DNA of 64,000 nt from Azolla caroliniana (taxonomy: Eukaryota > Plantae > Polypodiophyta). The stretch covers positions 9,176,001-9,240,000 of the forward strand of contig JBHGNT010000010.1 in NCBI GenBank assembly GCA_043228905.1, in the 5' to 3' direction. This document shows, one piece after another, positions 1 through 13,590 of the stretch. The first letter of the stretch is position 1. Each line of letters begins with the position of its first letter. The notes beneath the pieces were generated by a model, which saw only the letters and a program-made list of their open reading frames with translations, did not search any database and was not told where the DNA came from. Both the position numbers and the translations under genes were made by a program.

Positions 1-366
1 GAACCAGACGTCCTCGGGTGCCGGGTTTCAAAACAACTCAACGTGATGTGGAAGCAATATTGAAAATAAGGGAACGTGAGCTACACCGCCTAGAAGCCAT
101 GGCTAGGGCACTCTCTACATTGGAACCCACATCAAGACCCTTTGACCCCCCACTTCTTTTCGAGAGGCTTGGGTGGAAATAAAATTAGGCTTAGTGTATA
201 GTCACTTTCGAGTATACTACATATTGTACACTACTAGAACTCTTTTAGTTTAAGTTCTATTTTTTTTTACTTAATTTTATTTTTAGTTATGATGACTGGA
301 TAAATACTCTATTGTTGTAAACCAATTGTCTCATGGGCCAAATTTGGCCTTAGAAGACGTTAATAC

Positions 367-402
<36 letters not shown>

Positions 403-410
403 CTCTCTCT
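1..410 (+). mobile_element. 3' end of a LINE (RTEX-like, second subfamily) with 3' stem-loop and (TTTC)n/(TC)n tail
   Basis: Open frame from 3 to TAA at 180-182 (..EAILKIRERELHRLEAM..GWK*). Stem-loop GTCT-catg-GGCCA-aatt-TGGCC-ttaga-AGAC at 328-358 has the same architecture as the LINE end at 19701-19731. A microsatellite tail follows. Confidence 0.6.
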
Positions 411-501
411 GTGTGTCTATCTTGCTTATGCACATAGACAGGTTCTTCTTCATCACGAATGTTGCTTGCACTTCCGGATTGACGACCTTGTCCCCAACAT
501 T

Positions 502-513
502 TGGTATCAGAGC
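502..513 (+). promoter_or_regulatory. Primer-binding site (tRNA-iMet) of the Copia element
   Basis: TGGTATCAGAGC two nt after the LTR-terminal CA. Confidence 0.9.
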
Positions 514-3500
514 GTTGGAGGTTCTTAAACCCGCTGCCGTCCGTCATCGTACACCACAACATTCTGTTTTTTGTAACTTCTTGAAGAACAGAGAAGAGAG
601 AAGACAAACAAAAAGCTCGCATCTCACTGTGTTAAATCACAAATTGGAGTAAGCTAGTCGACTGTACTCTATTCCTTTGATTGTAACTGCTTGAGGGGAG
701 CTCCTTGAGCAACAACCGACCCAATCGTGCTTCATTCGGTTAAACAACATCCGAATAGGTCACCGGATGCTATTCACCCGCTTGCTGTAACCACCCGTTG
801 CAGATTGGTCTTCAGGCAACAACCAAATTCATGCTTCACTCGGCTGATCGACATTCGAGAGGATCAGTTGGATCCGTCCCTCTCATCGCTGCAGTCATCC
901 GAAGCAGAATCGGCCCAAACAATCGGTTCCGTGTAATCAGTATTCAGCATACAATCGGAAGCTAACCGGGCTCACTCCGACTCAACAACATTTGGGAAGA
1001 CCAGCTGGTTCTGTCTCTCAAGTTACCGGAGTCACTCCGAGCAAGTTCAGCAACAAGTATCCGAAACCAAATCGACTCGGGTTCAAAACCAACTAGAACG
1101 ATATCGGGTGAGTTGACCGGCTGCACCCCACTAAGGTTCGTAGTCAACTCCGAACCGGGTCTTCCCAACCGAAACCGAATCAGATGGCATCAACATCCAG
1201 CTCATCGGAAATGATTGTAAGGAGGTTCGACGGTTCGAACTTCAACTTCTGGAAGGAACAAATGCATGACTATCTCATAGTCAAGGGTCAGATAGACCCG
1301 ATTAAGAATGAAAATCCTCCAGAAGCATACTAGGCAAATGAGTGGCTAAAGCTGGACAGAATTGTCCGTACCACGATTCAGATGCACCTATCGGAGTCAA
1401 TGTACTTCATAGTGCAATCATGCACGACAACCTTTGAACCATGGAGAACACTATCGGAAACATATGAAAAGAAGGTCGCGGCAACGAAGATGTATCTGAT
1501 CCGGCGCCTCTACAACTTGTGGATGAAAGAATCCAATTTGGTTCAGGCACACCTCAACGACTATGAAAGCATAAACTCCCAAATCTCGTCTCATGGGACG
1601 GCAATCGAGGATGAACTCAAAGCAATGATACTCATGAGTAGTCTCCCCTCTTCATGGGAAACTTTCGTTACAACCGTGTGCAATGCTTCAACAACTGCCA
1701 TTAAGTACTCCGAAGTCACGAGCGCAATCCTGACTGAAGCAGCTCGGAGAAAGACTTTCACCAAAGACTCGGCAGATGAAGCTTACATAGTACAAGGTTC
1801 GACCGACCAATCGAACAACCAGGGAAGAAGTTCTTCCGGACCGCCGAACAATCAGCGAATCCGGAGCAAGTCCTAGGACAACCGAATTTTGAACTACTGC
1901 AAGAAACCAGGACACATCAAAGCCGACTGTTGGGCACTCAAAGCAAAAACCAACAAAGCTTAGAGAGCAGATCAAAAGAGTAGCCGGCATGAGGAGGTCA
2001 ACTACGTCGGCTCTTCAGCTGAAATTTTGACGACTGACCCGAACATACTGTCCATAGAGAACCCAGTCAAATTAGAAGTTCTACTTACGACTGAGGAATC
2101 GAGCACATGGCTCTTGGACTCGGGCGCATCGTATCATGTGACACCTCACCGATTTCAGTTTTGGCAACACTCGGATTGGCACTCTGACACAGTTTGAGTC
2201 GGAAACTCGCAACACTGTGCTATAATCGAAATCGGCACCATAGAGCTCAACCTTCCGGGCGGCTCTACACTCGTACTACACAATGTCCGACATGTTCCTG
2301 AGCTCTCAAGACCCTTGATCTTAGTTGGACAACTTGAGGAAGACGACATCCGTGTTGGGTTCTCATCAGGAGGGTGGACACTCCACAAAGGGAGCCTCCT
2401 CCTTGCTCGAGGACCAAAGGTACATTGCTTGTATCCTTTATATGTCACACTCAAAGAGGGTGACTTATTTTTGGTTGATATCCCCATGTCATCGTTATGG
2501 CACGAGCGACTTGGACACCTCAGCAAGGCCAGCATAACGCACCTATCCAAAGTCGGTTACATCCCCAAACTCTTCTTCTTGGATCACCAATTCCGTGAGC
2601 ATTGCCAGTACAACAAACAGGTAGCCACATCACACCCGACATCAACACCAAAAGAATCGAGTCCCCTCGATTTGGTCCACTCGGACGTCTGTGGCCCAAT
2701 GCCACATCAGTCTCTCGGTGGTGCTTCGTATTTCGTCAGTTTTATTAACAACTCGACTCGGAAGGTGTGGGCTTACCCCATCAGAACCAAAGATTGGGTG
2801 TTCTCGATCTTCTCCAAATGGCTTGCAATGGTTGAAAATTAGACCAGTCGGAAACTGAAATGTCTCTGAACCGACAACGGAGGGGAATTCAAGTCTGAAG
2901 AATTCGTCAAATTTTTCCGGGAACGCAACATTCAACGTGAATATACGGCACCTGATAGTCCGGAGTAGAACGGAATTGCAGAACGCATGAATCGGACGAT
3001 TCAAGAACGTGTAGTATCCATGCTCCATCACTCCGGACTGTCGGATGGCTTCTGGACGGAGGCTCTACTTACGGCAATACACATAATAAATATGTCGCCA
3101 AGTAGACCTCTAGGACTTCAAATACCTCAGGAAATATGGACCAGCAGTAAGCCGAATTATGACAAGCTGAGGATCTTCGGTTGCGAAGCATATGCCCTCA
3201 TACCGAAAGAGGACCGTCCGAAACTCGAACCAAGATCAAGGAAATGTGTTTTCCTTGGGTATGGACCCGACGACGAGATCGGATACCAACTCTGGGACCC
3301 CGAGCACAGACAACTCGTCTGAAGTTCGGACGTCGTGTTCAATGAGTTGGTCATGCATAAAACGGCCGAAAGGCCTATTGAAGTCCGAAGGGTAATATAA
3401 CCCTTCATGACACGAGATCGGTTTCACGGGTAACCGACAACTCTTGCACCATATCCACCGATTCGGCACAACCGAATGGCTCAGCTTCCGACCATCCGAC

Positions 3501-4837
3501 ATCGACACCTGGTGCGACTAGTCTAGTCATAACTCGCAGATCCGAGAGACTGTCGCAACCTCCGAAGAGGTACTCTCCCAGAATTTTCTTTACCGACGTC
3601 TTACGAAGAAGCATCAACATCTGCCAATTCAGCCACATGGCATCTGGTGATGGAGTCAGAAATGCACTCCATTCGGGCAAACAAGACTTGGGACTTGGTC
3701 GAATTACTGACGAATCGACGTGCTCTTCCGTGTAAGTGGGTCTATTGACTCGACCAACCCAAAGTACAAGGCCAGATTAGTTGCAAAGGGATTTTGACAA
3801 GAATATGGCGTTGCCTTCGACGAAATCTTTTCACCAGTGGTGAAAATGACAACCCTTCGTTTCATGCTTCGCATTGTGGCCATCGACAACTTGGAGCTGA
3901 TTTAGCTAGATGTAAAAACGACATTCCTCCACGGTGACCTACAGGAGGAAATCTATATGGAGCAGCCAAAAGGCTTTGTGGCATCCGGCCAGGAACATCT
4001 AGTCTGCCGACTCAAGAAGAGTCTCTACAGCCTGAAACAGGCACCCCGACAGTGGTACCAGAAGTTCGATGACTTCATCCAATCGGTCGGCTTCTCAAAG
4101 AGCGATGATGACCACTGTCTCTTCACCAAAACAGCTCAAGCCGGGTCTCCTGTCTTCCTCATCATCTACGTGGATGACATGCTACTCTCTGGTCGGCATG
4201 CCGGAGAGCTCATCGAACTCGTTCGAAAACTGCGGTTGAAGTTTGCCATGAAGGGCCTCGGTCCGGTAAGACACATACTTGGTATGAAGATTAACCGACA
4301 TTGCGATAAACGACAACTTTTCTTGTCTCAAACCGACTACATCGGACATGTCTTGGAACGCTTCAACATGCACTCGGCCAAGTCTGCTTCGACCCCGCTC
4401 CCCATTAACCTTCGGCTATCTCAACGAGACTACCCGACATCAGGTCTGGAGGGGGAAGATATGAAGTTGGTACTGTATGCACCGGTAGTCGGCTCCCTTA
4501 TGTACACAATGGTCGCAACACGGCCTGATATTTCTCACGTTGTAGGAGTCGTCAGCAGATTCATGCACAACCAAGGCTGATCGCACTGGAATGCAGTCAA
4601 GCATGTGTTTAGATATCGAGCTGGCACAAAAGACCACGACATTCTTTTTGGTCCGAACTCAACCTCAGGTGTAGTCGGTTACACCGACTCGGACTTCGCC
4701 GGCTGCCTGGACAGTCGGAAATCAACAACCAGATACTGTTTCAAATTCGGCAATGGAGCAATCTCATGGAAGTCGAAACTTCAGGAGTGCACAGCCACCT
4801 CAACGATTGAAGTGGAATATGTAGCTACATCCGACGT

Positions 4838-5246
4838 TGTTACCGATTAGGAACACGGTCTTCGGTCAGTCCTTCGACCTACACCTCCAAGTGATTGTGG
4901 AACAACGAATGGGGCGTCTATGCGTAATGCATAGGGGAACGTTCCCTGTAACCTATCAGCGTATAAGGGAGACGGCTACAACCGACTCCTTAGCAATGGT
5001 TACACTTACGTTCTTACACGCTCAAGTATTCCAGACACACGGTAGATTAGCCGTAGCTATACACAGACTTTCAGAGAAGATAGAATTCTATTACGGTACG
5101 CTTCGTTACATTCTAAAATTACACGCTCCCTTTATCAGAGGTTTTCTACCCTTTATATACACAGGGTCTATTTAGCCATTCACACTTCCTGCGTGGACCG
5201 TTACATGCGTTATGATCTTATATTATTTCTTATTCCTACACTCTTG
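4838..5246 (-). repeat. Gypsy 3' LTR, missing about 29 bp at its element-internal end
   Basis: Matches 12933-13341, then diverges after CCTACACTCTTG. No PPT visible. Confidence 0.85.
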
Positions 5247-8078
5247 CATCGTGGTGTGGCTCCCCTGTTTGGTCGGAATGGTTTCTCCCGGTGTCGCTGT
5301 CATCGTGTGTGGGCGGTCTGGGTACGGTGGGCTCTTCTTGAGTTAATGGGTTGGGCTTCGCCGTCGTCGTGCTTGCGGTCAGCCACGGCTCTATCTTAAT
5401 CGTTACTTCCTCCGTGGTGTCGGCCGTCTTTGTACGTTCCGGGGAGTGGGGCTGCGATTCCGCCTGGCTCGCACCGTTCTCTGTGTGGTCTGACGATAGC
5501 GTGGGCTCGTGCGGATGAAGCTCCTCTTGGGCAATGGTTTCGTTGTACTGTGGGGGATTCCGCTCGTCGGTGCACACTGTTCACCGTCGTTGTAATTTCT
5601 GGTGATCCGGCCTAAGGTTCCTCTTATTCGGCCGTGCCCGGAATTGGCGTCGCACTGGATTCCTCATTTGTTCGCGTGTTGTCGGCTTGTATGATCTAGT
5701 GAAATAGCTCCTCCTGGATTTCACTAAAATCATCTAAGAGTTGCGCGAGTTCTTCGGAGTGTTGGTCTACTAGCGCACGATAGTCTTGCACTAGGTCCTC
5801 TCGTACGGCCGCAATGCTCACCTCATTTAGTTTATAGAAACCTCGGCCGTCTTTTCGCCGTTCTCCCAATCCGCACAATACGTGTGCAATTCCGCTGCTT
5901 GGGTTGCCCACACCATCCATACTTTGTCTAGCGTCGTTTTCAATTGCGCTATGAACCTCTCCCGATTTGTTTGGAGAAGGATACGCACGTTATCTGTGAT
6001 GGCTTGGCAAAGGTTGCATGCGTCCTCCATCGACTTCTGGAGGTTTGCAATTTCTTGTTGTCTAACCGTCGCCGCTTCTTCGTACGTGGCCTTCAAGCCC
6101 GCCCACAGCTGGGATTCCTTTGCATGTTGTTCTTCTAATTTCCCCATTTCATTGTTTAGGCGGATTTCGAGTTGATGCCTTCTTTCTTGTTCGACCACCA
6201 GCTGCTCGTCGAACCATACCTTCTTTTTCTCTAATAAGGCCCGAAGTCCTGCGATTGTCGCCTCCGATTTCTTCAGTTCATCCCGTAATTGCGTGTTTTC
6301 GTCTTTTGTCCGGATGTACTGAGCTACCTCCGTAGCGAGTTTCTCTTCAAGGGTTTTTACTGCCTTCCGGCCGTTAGCCTGGATCTCCTTTTCTCTGTCT
6401 GAGGATTGGCACAGTTCAGCTCGAAGGCGGTCAATTTCTGATTCCGCAAGTTGCATGACCCTTTTCGCTTTCGAGGCGATGGCGGTCTGAGCCTCAATTT
6501 CTTCCTTCAAAGAGTCGATGGCGTGGTTTGGTGGCGGAGTTGCGTGTTGCACCGTAGTCGCGTTAGCTTCCAACTCCGCGATGCGTTCGTTGGCTTTTTG
6601 CAGCTCGACTTGGGTCATTTTCACCTTCTTCTAGACATTCTTATTTTTAATTGCCATCTCCTTAACGCCCATGTTGAACTTTGCCAGTTCCCAATGGACT
6701 TCGACCAGGGCCGTGTTTAATGGGGGTAGCTCCATCCCCACTCGGCGTACCCCGGCGTTCCTCTGTCTGCCGACCCTAGCTAGCCGGTCCTCATCGTCGC
6801 TCTCCGCCGTTTGTGTCAGAGCGCGCTCGATCATCTGGCGCTCTGCGTGCTCCTCGGCCATTCATTGGGAGGCTTTTATCTATTGTGTTGCCAGGAATTC
6901 CATGATCTCAAAAGAGGTTCCGAATTGTAAGAGGGCGCTGAACTCATGGGCCGTATCTGGGATATCTAGATATGCCAACACCTCGCTTTCCGTCGTCAAT
7001 ACGGCTTTCCCTCGTTGGGACTAGGTCGTAATGATCGGTCGTGGCTCCCGGATGATTTTGAAGGTGGTATTGTGCTCCGTAGCTGCGGAGCCATCGCCGT
7101 CGGTCGTTGTCTCTGCCGTTGTGGGGACGTCTTTGACCAATCCCCGCCCATCTTTCCTGTCCAATCTACGTCGTTTCGGTCTGGGGCTATCCTATCGTGT
7201 TTCGGTGTCTGGCTCTGGGGCTGTTGCCACGGAACGTGTCGGTTGTTCCTCCTGCGTTGTTCGTGTGTCTGGCTAGGCGGGAGGTGTTGTCCACGTCTCT
7301 GGCTGGGCAAGTTGGGGTTCCTCTTCCCACTCTGGGGCCGCTAACTCCGCTAACCTGCGTTTCGCGGATCGGGGCGGGGGCGTGGGTCGGCTGGGCTGTG
7401 GTGCCGGTAGGCCTCAGGGCGGGAATAGTACCGTAAGGTACTGTTGTATGATCGGCCTGAGCTTTTTTCCTGCCTGATATGCATGCAGGCCTTCCCGTAA
7501 CGTCGGCCCTGTGATGATCCCTCAATCAACCGCACATCCTTCAAAGGTATCGATAATGATGCTCGCCTTCTGCTTAGGCATCCCATATGCGTTGACATGT
7601 ACGCAACTGACCTCTAACAGGAACCTGGCAACTTCCCGGAAGAAGGGATCTGGGATCTGTTTCGTTCTATAGGGCTTGGCGAAGGAGGAATATGGCCCGA
7701 AATATCACTGCAGCGCCTCTGCAGGAGGGATTTCGAAATGCCTTTCGCCTAGCGATGACAGGTCCAACTTTTTCCGGATGGAAGAGTTGGTGACCGTATC
7801 GATGTTCAGCTTCCTGGCAATGTCCATGCCATCTGGGTGTGGGGGTTCCTTTGCAACCCGGATGTACCCATCCAGGCGTTTCTCCACGAGCCATCAGCGT
7901 AAGGCAGTAGAGATGAAGATCGGCATTGCCAGAGTAGGTTCGTGGGAAGGAGACTGGTGGTTGCGGTGGGCTGGAGCTCTGTGATAGGATGGAGGAGAAG
8001 GTGAGGGGGGGGAGCGATGGGAGCGCTAATAGTTAGAAGGTGGGTTTCTGTTTTGTGCAGAAGATCTTCTATTTCCAT
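5236..8078 (-). pseudogene. Disrupted accessory ORF downstream of Gypsy pol, including a coiled-coil domain
   Basis: Chain of same-strand ORF pieces (7806-8078, 7705-7887, 6996-7310, 6631-6861, 5827-6624, 5696-5920, 5236-5577) between integrase and the 3' LTR. 5827-6624 is E/K/A/L-rich and heptad-like. Confidence 0.6.
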
Positions 8079-9467
8079 CTTTTTGTGGCTTAGGGTTCAT
8101 TGGGCGGTGAGCCATCGTGGTGCCGCGTGTTCTTGAACTAGGAGTCTGTGCATGCATTTAGTCCTTTTAATAGTCGCTATCTTCTCTCTTTTTTGTCTTT
8201 TTTTTTCTCGTAACGGTTATATACAGCCTATTTTTACATTATGGTACAAGTGGGGCCGCCCATTTACGCCGTGGGTTCTCCGGCTTTGTCCTTGTTTGGC
8301 GGTGAATGGGTTAGGTGGCGTAGAGCCTAGGTAAGGTTTAAGGCGAAACCCATTCACCTTTTGCCGTACTACTTCCCCGGCCAGCGTACCTAGTTGGAAT
8401 GTGCCTTGTTCCGCTCTAATTATCCAGTATGGGCCAGTCCAGCAGAAGCGTAACTTCCCTGGCATATGGCCCATGCGGGTTTGGAAAACCAGCACTGCCC
8501 GACCGACGGCAAACTCCTTTTCCCTTGCGTTCCGATGTCGATCCACAAACGCTTTACGTCGTCGTTGTTCCTACTCCAACACAGCCATGCTGTGTACGCG
8601 TTTTTCCCCGAGTTCGAGTAGCTGGTGGAGCCATACCTCCTCCGACTTGGCTTCCGATAGTCGGTCCCGTACCTAAATTCGCAAACTGGGTACCTGAAAT
8701 TCGACAGGCATCACAGCCTCCAGCCCAAACGCTAGTCGAAACGGTGTTGATTGTATGCTTGTTTTGTAGCTGGTTCTGTACGCCCATAACGCACTCTGTA
8801 ATTTGGTATCCCAGTCCGTTCTATTTTCATTGACGATTTTCTTCAAGATGGTATGCAACGTCTTGTTGGTGGATTCCGCTAACCCATTCGCCTGTGGATA
8901 ATATGGCGTACTCTTTTTATGGACTACGGCGTAATGTTGTGTTTCTCCATTCTCGAGTTTGTTCAAAAAATCTGCCACTGCGTGTTGCGTCCCTAGTCGG
9001 TGCTGGATTACGAAAACGAATGCTTGGAGCAGCAGCAGCATCCATCGGGCCAATTTTCCTGTCAGGGCTTGATTCTCCACCAAATATAGCACCGCCGAAT
9101 GATCCACGTGGAACGTGAATTTCCTCCCTAGTAAATAATGCCGGAATTTATTGATGTTGTAGATCATCCCTAGCGCCTCCCACTCCGTTGTGGAATAGTT
9201 ACGCTATGTTGTTGATAATTTGCGACTAGCGTAGTACACTGGCCGGTACTAGTTTGGTTCGGTGAGCTGCATTAGTGCACTTCCTATTGCTATGTCTGAG
9301 GCATCGACGAACACGTGGAATGGCTTCACCCAAACTGGTGGTTGTACGACGGGAGCCTACGTGAGCATTATCTTAAGTGCCTCATAGGCCTTGTCCTCCG
9401 TTGTTGTCCATTGGAAGGGAGTCTGATGTATGGCAGCATGTGACCGCGTGGCGAAGTCCGCCAAATA

Positions 9468-10919
9468 TCATATCATCCGACTATGCCACCGTATTTGTCC
9501 TAAAAACCGGCCGAGTGATTTCGTGTTTGTCGGAGTTTTGGCTTGCGTAATCGCGGAGATCTTGTTCGAATCGACCGCTATTCCCTCCTTGCTGACTATA
9601 TGGCCCAGGAGAGTCCCGCTGGCCACGCCGAAAGCACATTTCGCGGGATTTAGGCTTAAGCGTGTGGTGCGGCAACGTTCCAAGCACAGTTGTAGGTGCG
9701 TAAAATGGTCTATGGTTCTCCCATGTACCGCAAAGTCGTCTAAAAAACCTTGCATGAACGCCGGAATGTATTCCCCAAAGATCTCCGTAATTGTTCGTTG
9801 AAATGTTGTCGGCGCCGTCTTTAGCCCGAACATCATGATGACTGCCACATAGACTCCCCAGTCCGTGACAAATGACGTCTTTTCTTGGTCCTCGGGATGC
9901 ATGCGTACCTGGTTATATCCACTGAAGCCATCTAAAAAACTGTACATCTCATGTCCTGCAACGACATCCAGTATGCTATTGGTGAAGGGTAAAGGGAATG
10001 CGTTCGTAATGGTTAAGGCGTTTAATTTTCGGTAATCCACGCATACCCGTATTTTGCCGTTTTTCTTTGGAACGACCACTATCGGGCTTAACCAGGTGGT
10101 TTGTTTAACTAGTCGTATGAACCCCGCCTTCAGGAATTTGTCAATTTCTTCTTTTACGCGGGTTGTGTAGTTCGAGTTCATGCGGTAGTGACGCTGCTGG
10201 ACGGGTTTTGCGTCGGTTGCTAAATTGATCTTATGCTGATAGAACTTGGGATCTAATCCCTTCATGTCCTCGTGAGCCCAAGAGAACACATCTTTATATT
10301 TCGTGAGTAGTGCGATCATCGTGTTTCTCTGGTCCAGCCTTAATTCCTTTGCGATGGAGAGGAAATGGGGTTCCGACTCCGTACCCACATTTACTTCGTC
10401 CAAGGTAGAGGCGGTGACTCGTCGTGAAATTTCAATTTCCCTTTCGAATGCCACTCGTGCTCTGCTGAGTTCCAATAAGGACTCTGGGTTTGGTTTGTAA
10501 GCCTCGTTGTGGAGAATAGTGACCGTGGCATATTCTGCCGCGGTTGCGATGACGTTGATTTCGAACATCAGAATGATCCGTGGGTGCTCATCTAGGTATG
10601 CCTCTAATTCTGCATCCTCCACCCTAGCCAGCATATTTATATCTTCTGCGTATAATGGTGTTATACCCTTGGGTTGTGGCGTGCTTCCTTCCGTAGGTAC
10701 GCGAACCTTGGTGCGTCCGTGTCGGAAATTGATACACTTGTGTTGCCAGCTCTGCTTGATATTTGTTGTCCGAAGCCATGGTCTGCCCAGAAGCACTGGG
10801 TACGCCCCTGGGGTGTCCAAGGCAAGGACGACCGCCGAGATGTCGAAACGATGTCTGCCCACGATAATGCCTATCTTGCGAATTAAGCCCAATGGTCGTA
10901 CTGAGCGGGTATCTGCCAT
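9468..10919 (-). CDS. Gypsy pol segment (protease C-terminus and reverse transcriptase), 483-aa open stretch of a disrupted pol
   Basis: WLSPIVVVPKKNGKIRVCVDYRKLN, FLDGFSGYNQV, MMFGLKTAP, FLDDF. Confidence 0.88.
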   Translation of the reverse strand: MADTRSVRPLGLIRKIGIIVGRHRFDISAVVLALDTPGAYPVLLGRPWLRTTNIKQSWQHKCINFRHGRTKVRVPTEGSTPQPKGITPLYAEDINMLARVEDAELEAYLDEHPRIILMFEINVIATAAEYATVTILHNEAYKPNPESLLELSRARVAFEREIEISRRVTASTLDEVNVGTESEPHFLSIAKELRLDQRNTMIALLTKYKDVFSWAHEDMKGLDPKFYQHKINLATDAKPVQQRHYRMNSNYTTRVKEEIDKFLKAGFIRLVKQTTWLSPIVVVPKKNGKIRVCVDYRKLNALTITNAFPLPFTNSILDVVAGHEMYSFLDGFSGYNQVRMHPEDQEKTSFVTDWGVYVAVIMMFGLKTAPTTFQRTITEIFGEYIPAFMQGFLDDFAVHGRTIDHFTHLQLCLERCRTTRLSLNPAKCAFGVASGTLLGHIVSKEGIAVDSNKISAITQAKTPTNTKSLGRFLGQIRWHSRMI

Positions 10920-12932
10920 TCGGAGCTAGAATGGGCACGCCTCCCATTCTGAAATGCCTAACTACTCGCAAGTTTTCACGCTAATTACATTGACGCCTGA
11001 GCCGCCATCGATTATGCATCGATTATGTCCGTGTAATATTAATGTAATAGCCGGGTTGTGATGATCCACTACAGGCGGGCCGTCGCTAACATCTGTAAGG
11101 TTTGTGGCGACGCTGCCCGTCACCCGTTCTTCCATGGTCTGGCGGAAGCGTGGGACTAGCTGCAACAGCTTCTCCATTGTTAACATTATCTCGCAGCCCG
11201 CTAATGCCTGCCAAATGGGGTCTGGGACCGGTCCTTCCTCCTCTGCTTGCTCCCTCGTATTCGCGGACTCCTTTCGCATGCGCTCTGTATTGGTCGCGTT
11301 TGCTTTTTCCACCCATGCCTGGGCTTGTCGTTGTATCTCATCTTGCGCAGCCCAATCAGCCGTTTTTGTTTGCTGGCGTGTTGTGACTTGCTGTACTTCC
11401 GCCGTAATCGTGTTGACGGCGGGCCCCTTGCCCTTGCGTGCTGGGCATTGCGTGGCATAATGTCCGGGTTGTTGACAGATAAAACAAAGGATGCTTGATT
11501 CACCCTTCTCGGCTCCTGCTGGTGTGTGTCGATCCCCTGGTGCGACTTGCTCCTCCTAGTCCGGCCTTGTTTGTCAGAATGCACACGGTGGTTGTTGTTG
11601 GTCCCGTTGTGGTTCTTGGTGTCGCTCATCTCTCGAGCTTTCGTCATAACGCCGGGGATCTCGATATTGCCGCGGCTTCCCATGATAACCATTGAAGCCG
11701 CGAGGTTTGTTTGTCGGCTGGTGATTCTCATAGCGTCGGCCCCCTTTAGCATAACTCGGATGTCCACGATAATCCTCATCCTCTGGCTCGTCTTCCTCGG
11801 AATCGTTGTGATTTCGGCGATTCCGATGGTGCCGGTCGTCCCGTGGGTTGCGATCCATATACCGTGGTCGGTCTTCTTGCCGCCTTTGTTCAGTACGGCG
11901 TGGGGGACGCTGTGTGTCCATGCTGCTGACTGTGGGAGCGGCTCTGTTCAACATATTGTATTCGCATTGTTTGATTGTGTGAGCCTCTGAGTGGCAGATT
12001 GGGCAGTGGATTCGCATGTTGCACTCCACTGCGGAATGCCCCAAGTTCAAGCAAATCGTGCATTGGATTGCATGACGAAACTGGCGTTCCTCGTCCTGGG
12101 GTAACGCTTGTCGTGAGGACATAGAAAACCTTTCTTCCTCATTGTCCAACTCGAGCTATAACGCTCGTTCGATGACCATATCTGTCGTTTCCCCTTTCAC
12201 CCTATTGTTGTTGAGCATTGCTCGGATGGGTCGGCATAATGCTGCCAGAAATGTCTCTCGAGTGTCGTCCTCTGCGGGGCTCCGTTCTAGTTTCCGCCGT
12301 AAATTTTGGAAACGTAAGCTGAAGTCTGCGATCGTCTCGGTCGGCAGTTGCTTAATCGTGTAGAACTGTTTGAGGATTTCGAGTTGTGGAACCCTCCGAT
12401 GGAAGAACCGCAAGAAAGCGGACTGCAGCTGATCGAAGGTTGTGATTGCCGGTAAGTCCATCTGTGAATGCCAAAACGCTGCTCGCCCATCCAATGTTAG
12501 CCTGAACTTTGTCATTTTTGACTGGTGCGCTACCGCCTCCGGAAGGCTCTGTGCCATGTGGTTTGCATTCCAGACATTAAGGAACATGTGAATATGGGTT
12601 GCGGCGTCGGTTTCGCCGTTAAAGCGGGGATAGGCAAAGGCCATGTTGGGGGCTACGGCGGGTCAAGAAAGACCACAGGGTGGCTATGATGAGCGTGCTC
12701 CCCGTGTATTGTCGAGGTGTTTGGAGAGCGAAGAATCACCTTTGTAATCATAGTAGGTAGTACTGAGGTCGCTGAGGCGAGGCTTCTGCCACGCGCGTTC
12801 CTCTGCCTGGCGTGTGACGGACCGTGTGATTGGCCGGTCTTGTCGTGTTGGTTCTCTAGGGCGTCTACGGCTAAACATCCATTCGTCGTTGCTCATCTGT
12901 GAGAAGACACAGATCACCAAGCGTGCCAAAAG

Positions 12933-13370
12933 TGTTACCGATTAGGAACACGATCTTCGGTCAGTCCTTCGACCTAGACCTCCAAGTGATTGTGGAACAA
13001 CGAATGGGGCATCTATGCGTAATGCATAGGGGAACGTTCCCCGTAACCTATCAGTGTATAAGGGAGATGGCTACAACCAACTCCTTAGCAATGGTTACAC
13101 TTACATTCTTACACGCTCAAGTATTCCAAACACACAGTAGATTAACCGTAGCTATACACAGACTTTCAGAGAAGATAGAATTCTATTACGATACGCTTCT
13201 TTATACTCAAAAATTACACGCTCCCTCTATCAAAGGTTTTCTGCCCTTTATATACGCAAGGTCTATTTAGCCGTTCACGCTTCCAACGTGAACCGTTACA
13301 TGCGTTATGATCTTATATTATTTCTTATGCCTACGCTCTTGTCCGTCGGTTACTATTCCGGCGGACAACA
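12933..13370 (-). repeat. Gypsy 5' LTR (438 bp)
   Basis: Direct repeat of 4838-5246 (TGTTACCGATTAGGAACACG...), ends in AACA. Confidence 0.9.
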
Positions 13371-13590
13371 GACGCGGCAAAAGAAGCTTTATGGCTCGGT
13401 CGGCTGGCGCACACGTTTCAACAAGTCAACCTTGAGTCGGCTCCAGTTGTCTACAACGATAGTCAGGGTGTTGTTGCTTTGTCAAAGAATCCGGTTCACC
13501 ACAATGCCTCCAAGCATATCGACGTTCGATATCACTTCGTTCGGGACTGCATCATTTCAGGGAAAATCGGTCTCGAGAAAATATCCACTT

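Larger units (their letters stand above)
4838..13370 (-). mobile_element. Ty3/Gypsy non-chromovirus-like LTR retrotransposon nested in Copia RNase H
   Basis: TG..CA ends, TSD GACGT (4833-4837)/GACGC (13371-13375). 5' LTR 12933-13370, 3' LTR 4838-~5246 (truncated). PBS TGGCACGCTTGG just inside the 5' LTR. gag 12644-11574 with CCHC knuckles, protease IIDGGSGVN, RT 9468-10919 (FLDGFSGYNQV..FLDDF), then RNase H and partial integrase. Confidence 0.93.
411..13590 (+). mobile_element. Decayed Ty1/Copia element, interrupted by a Gypsy at 4838-13370; 3' end lost
   Basis: LTR end ..AACA at 499 and PBS TGGTATCAGAGC at 502-513. gag ATG at 1184 (RFDGSNFNFWK), protease WLLDSGAS, integrase VHSDVCGP, RT IIYVDDML, RNase H YTDSDFAG. 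The frame EYVATSD continues as AAKEALWL after 13371. Many stops and frameshifts. Confidence 0.93.
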
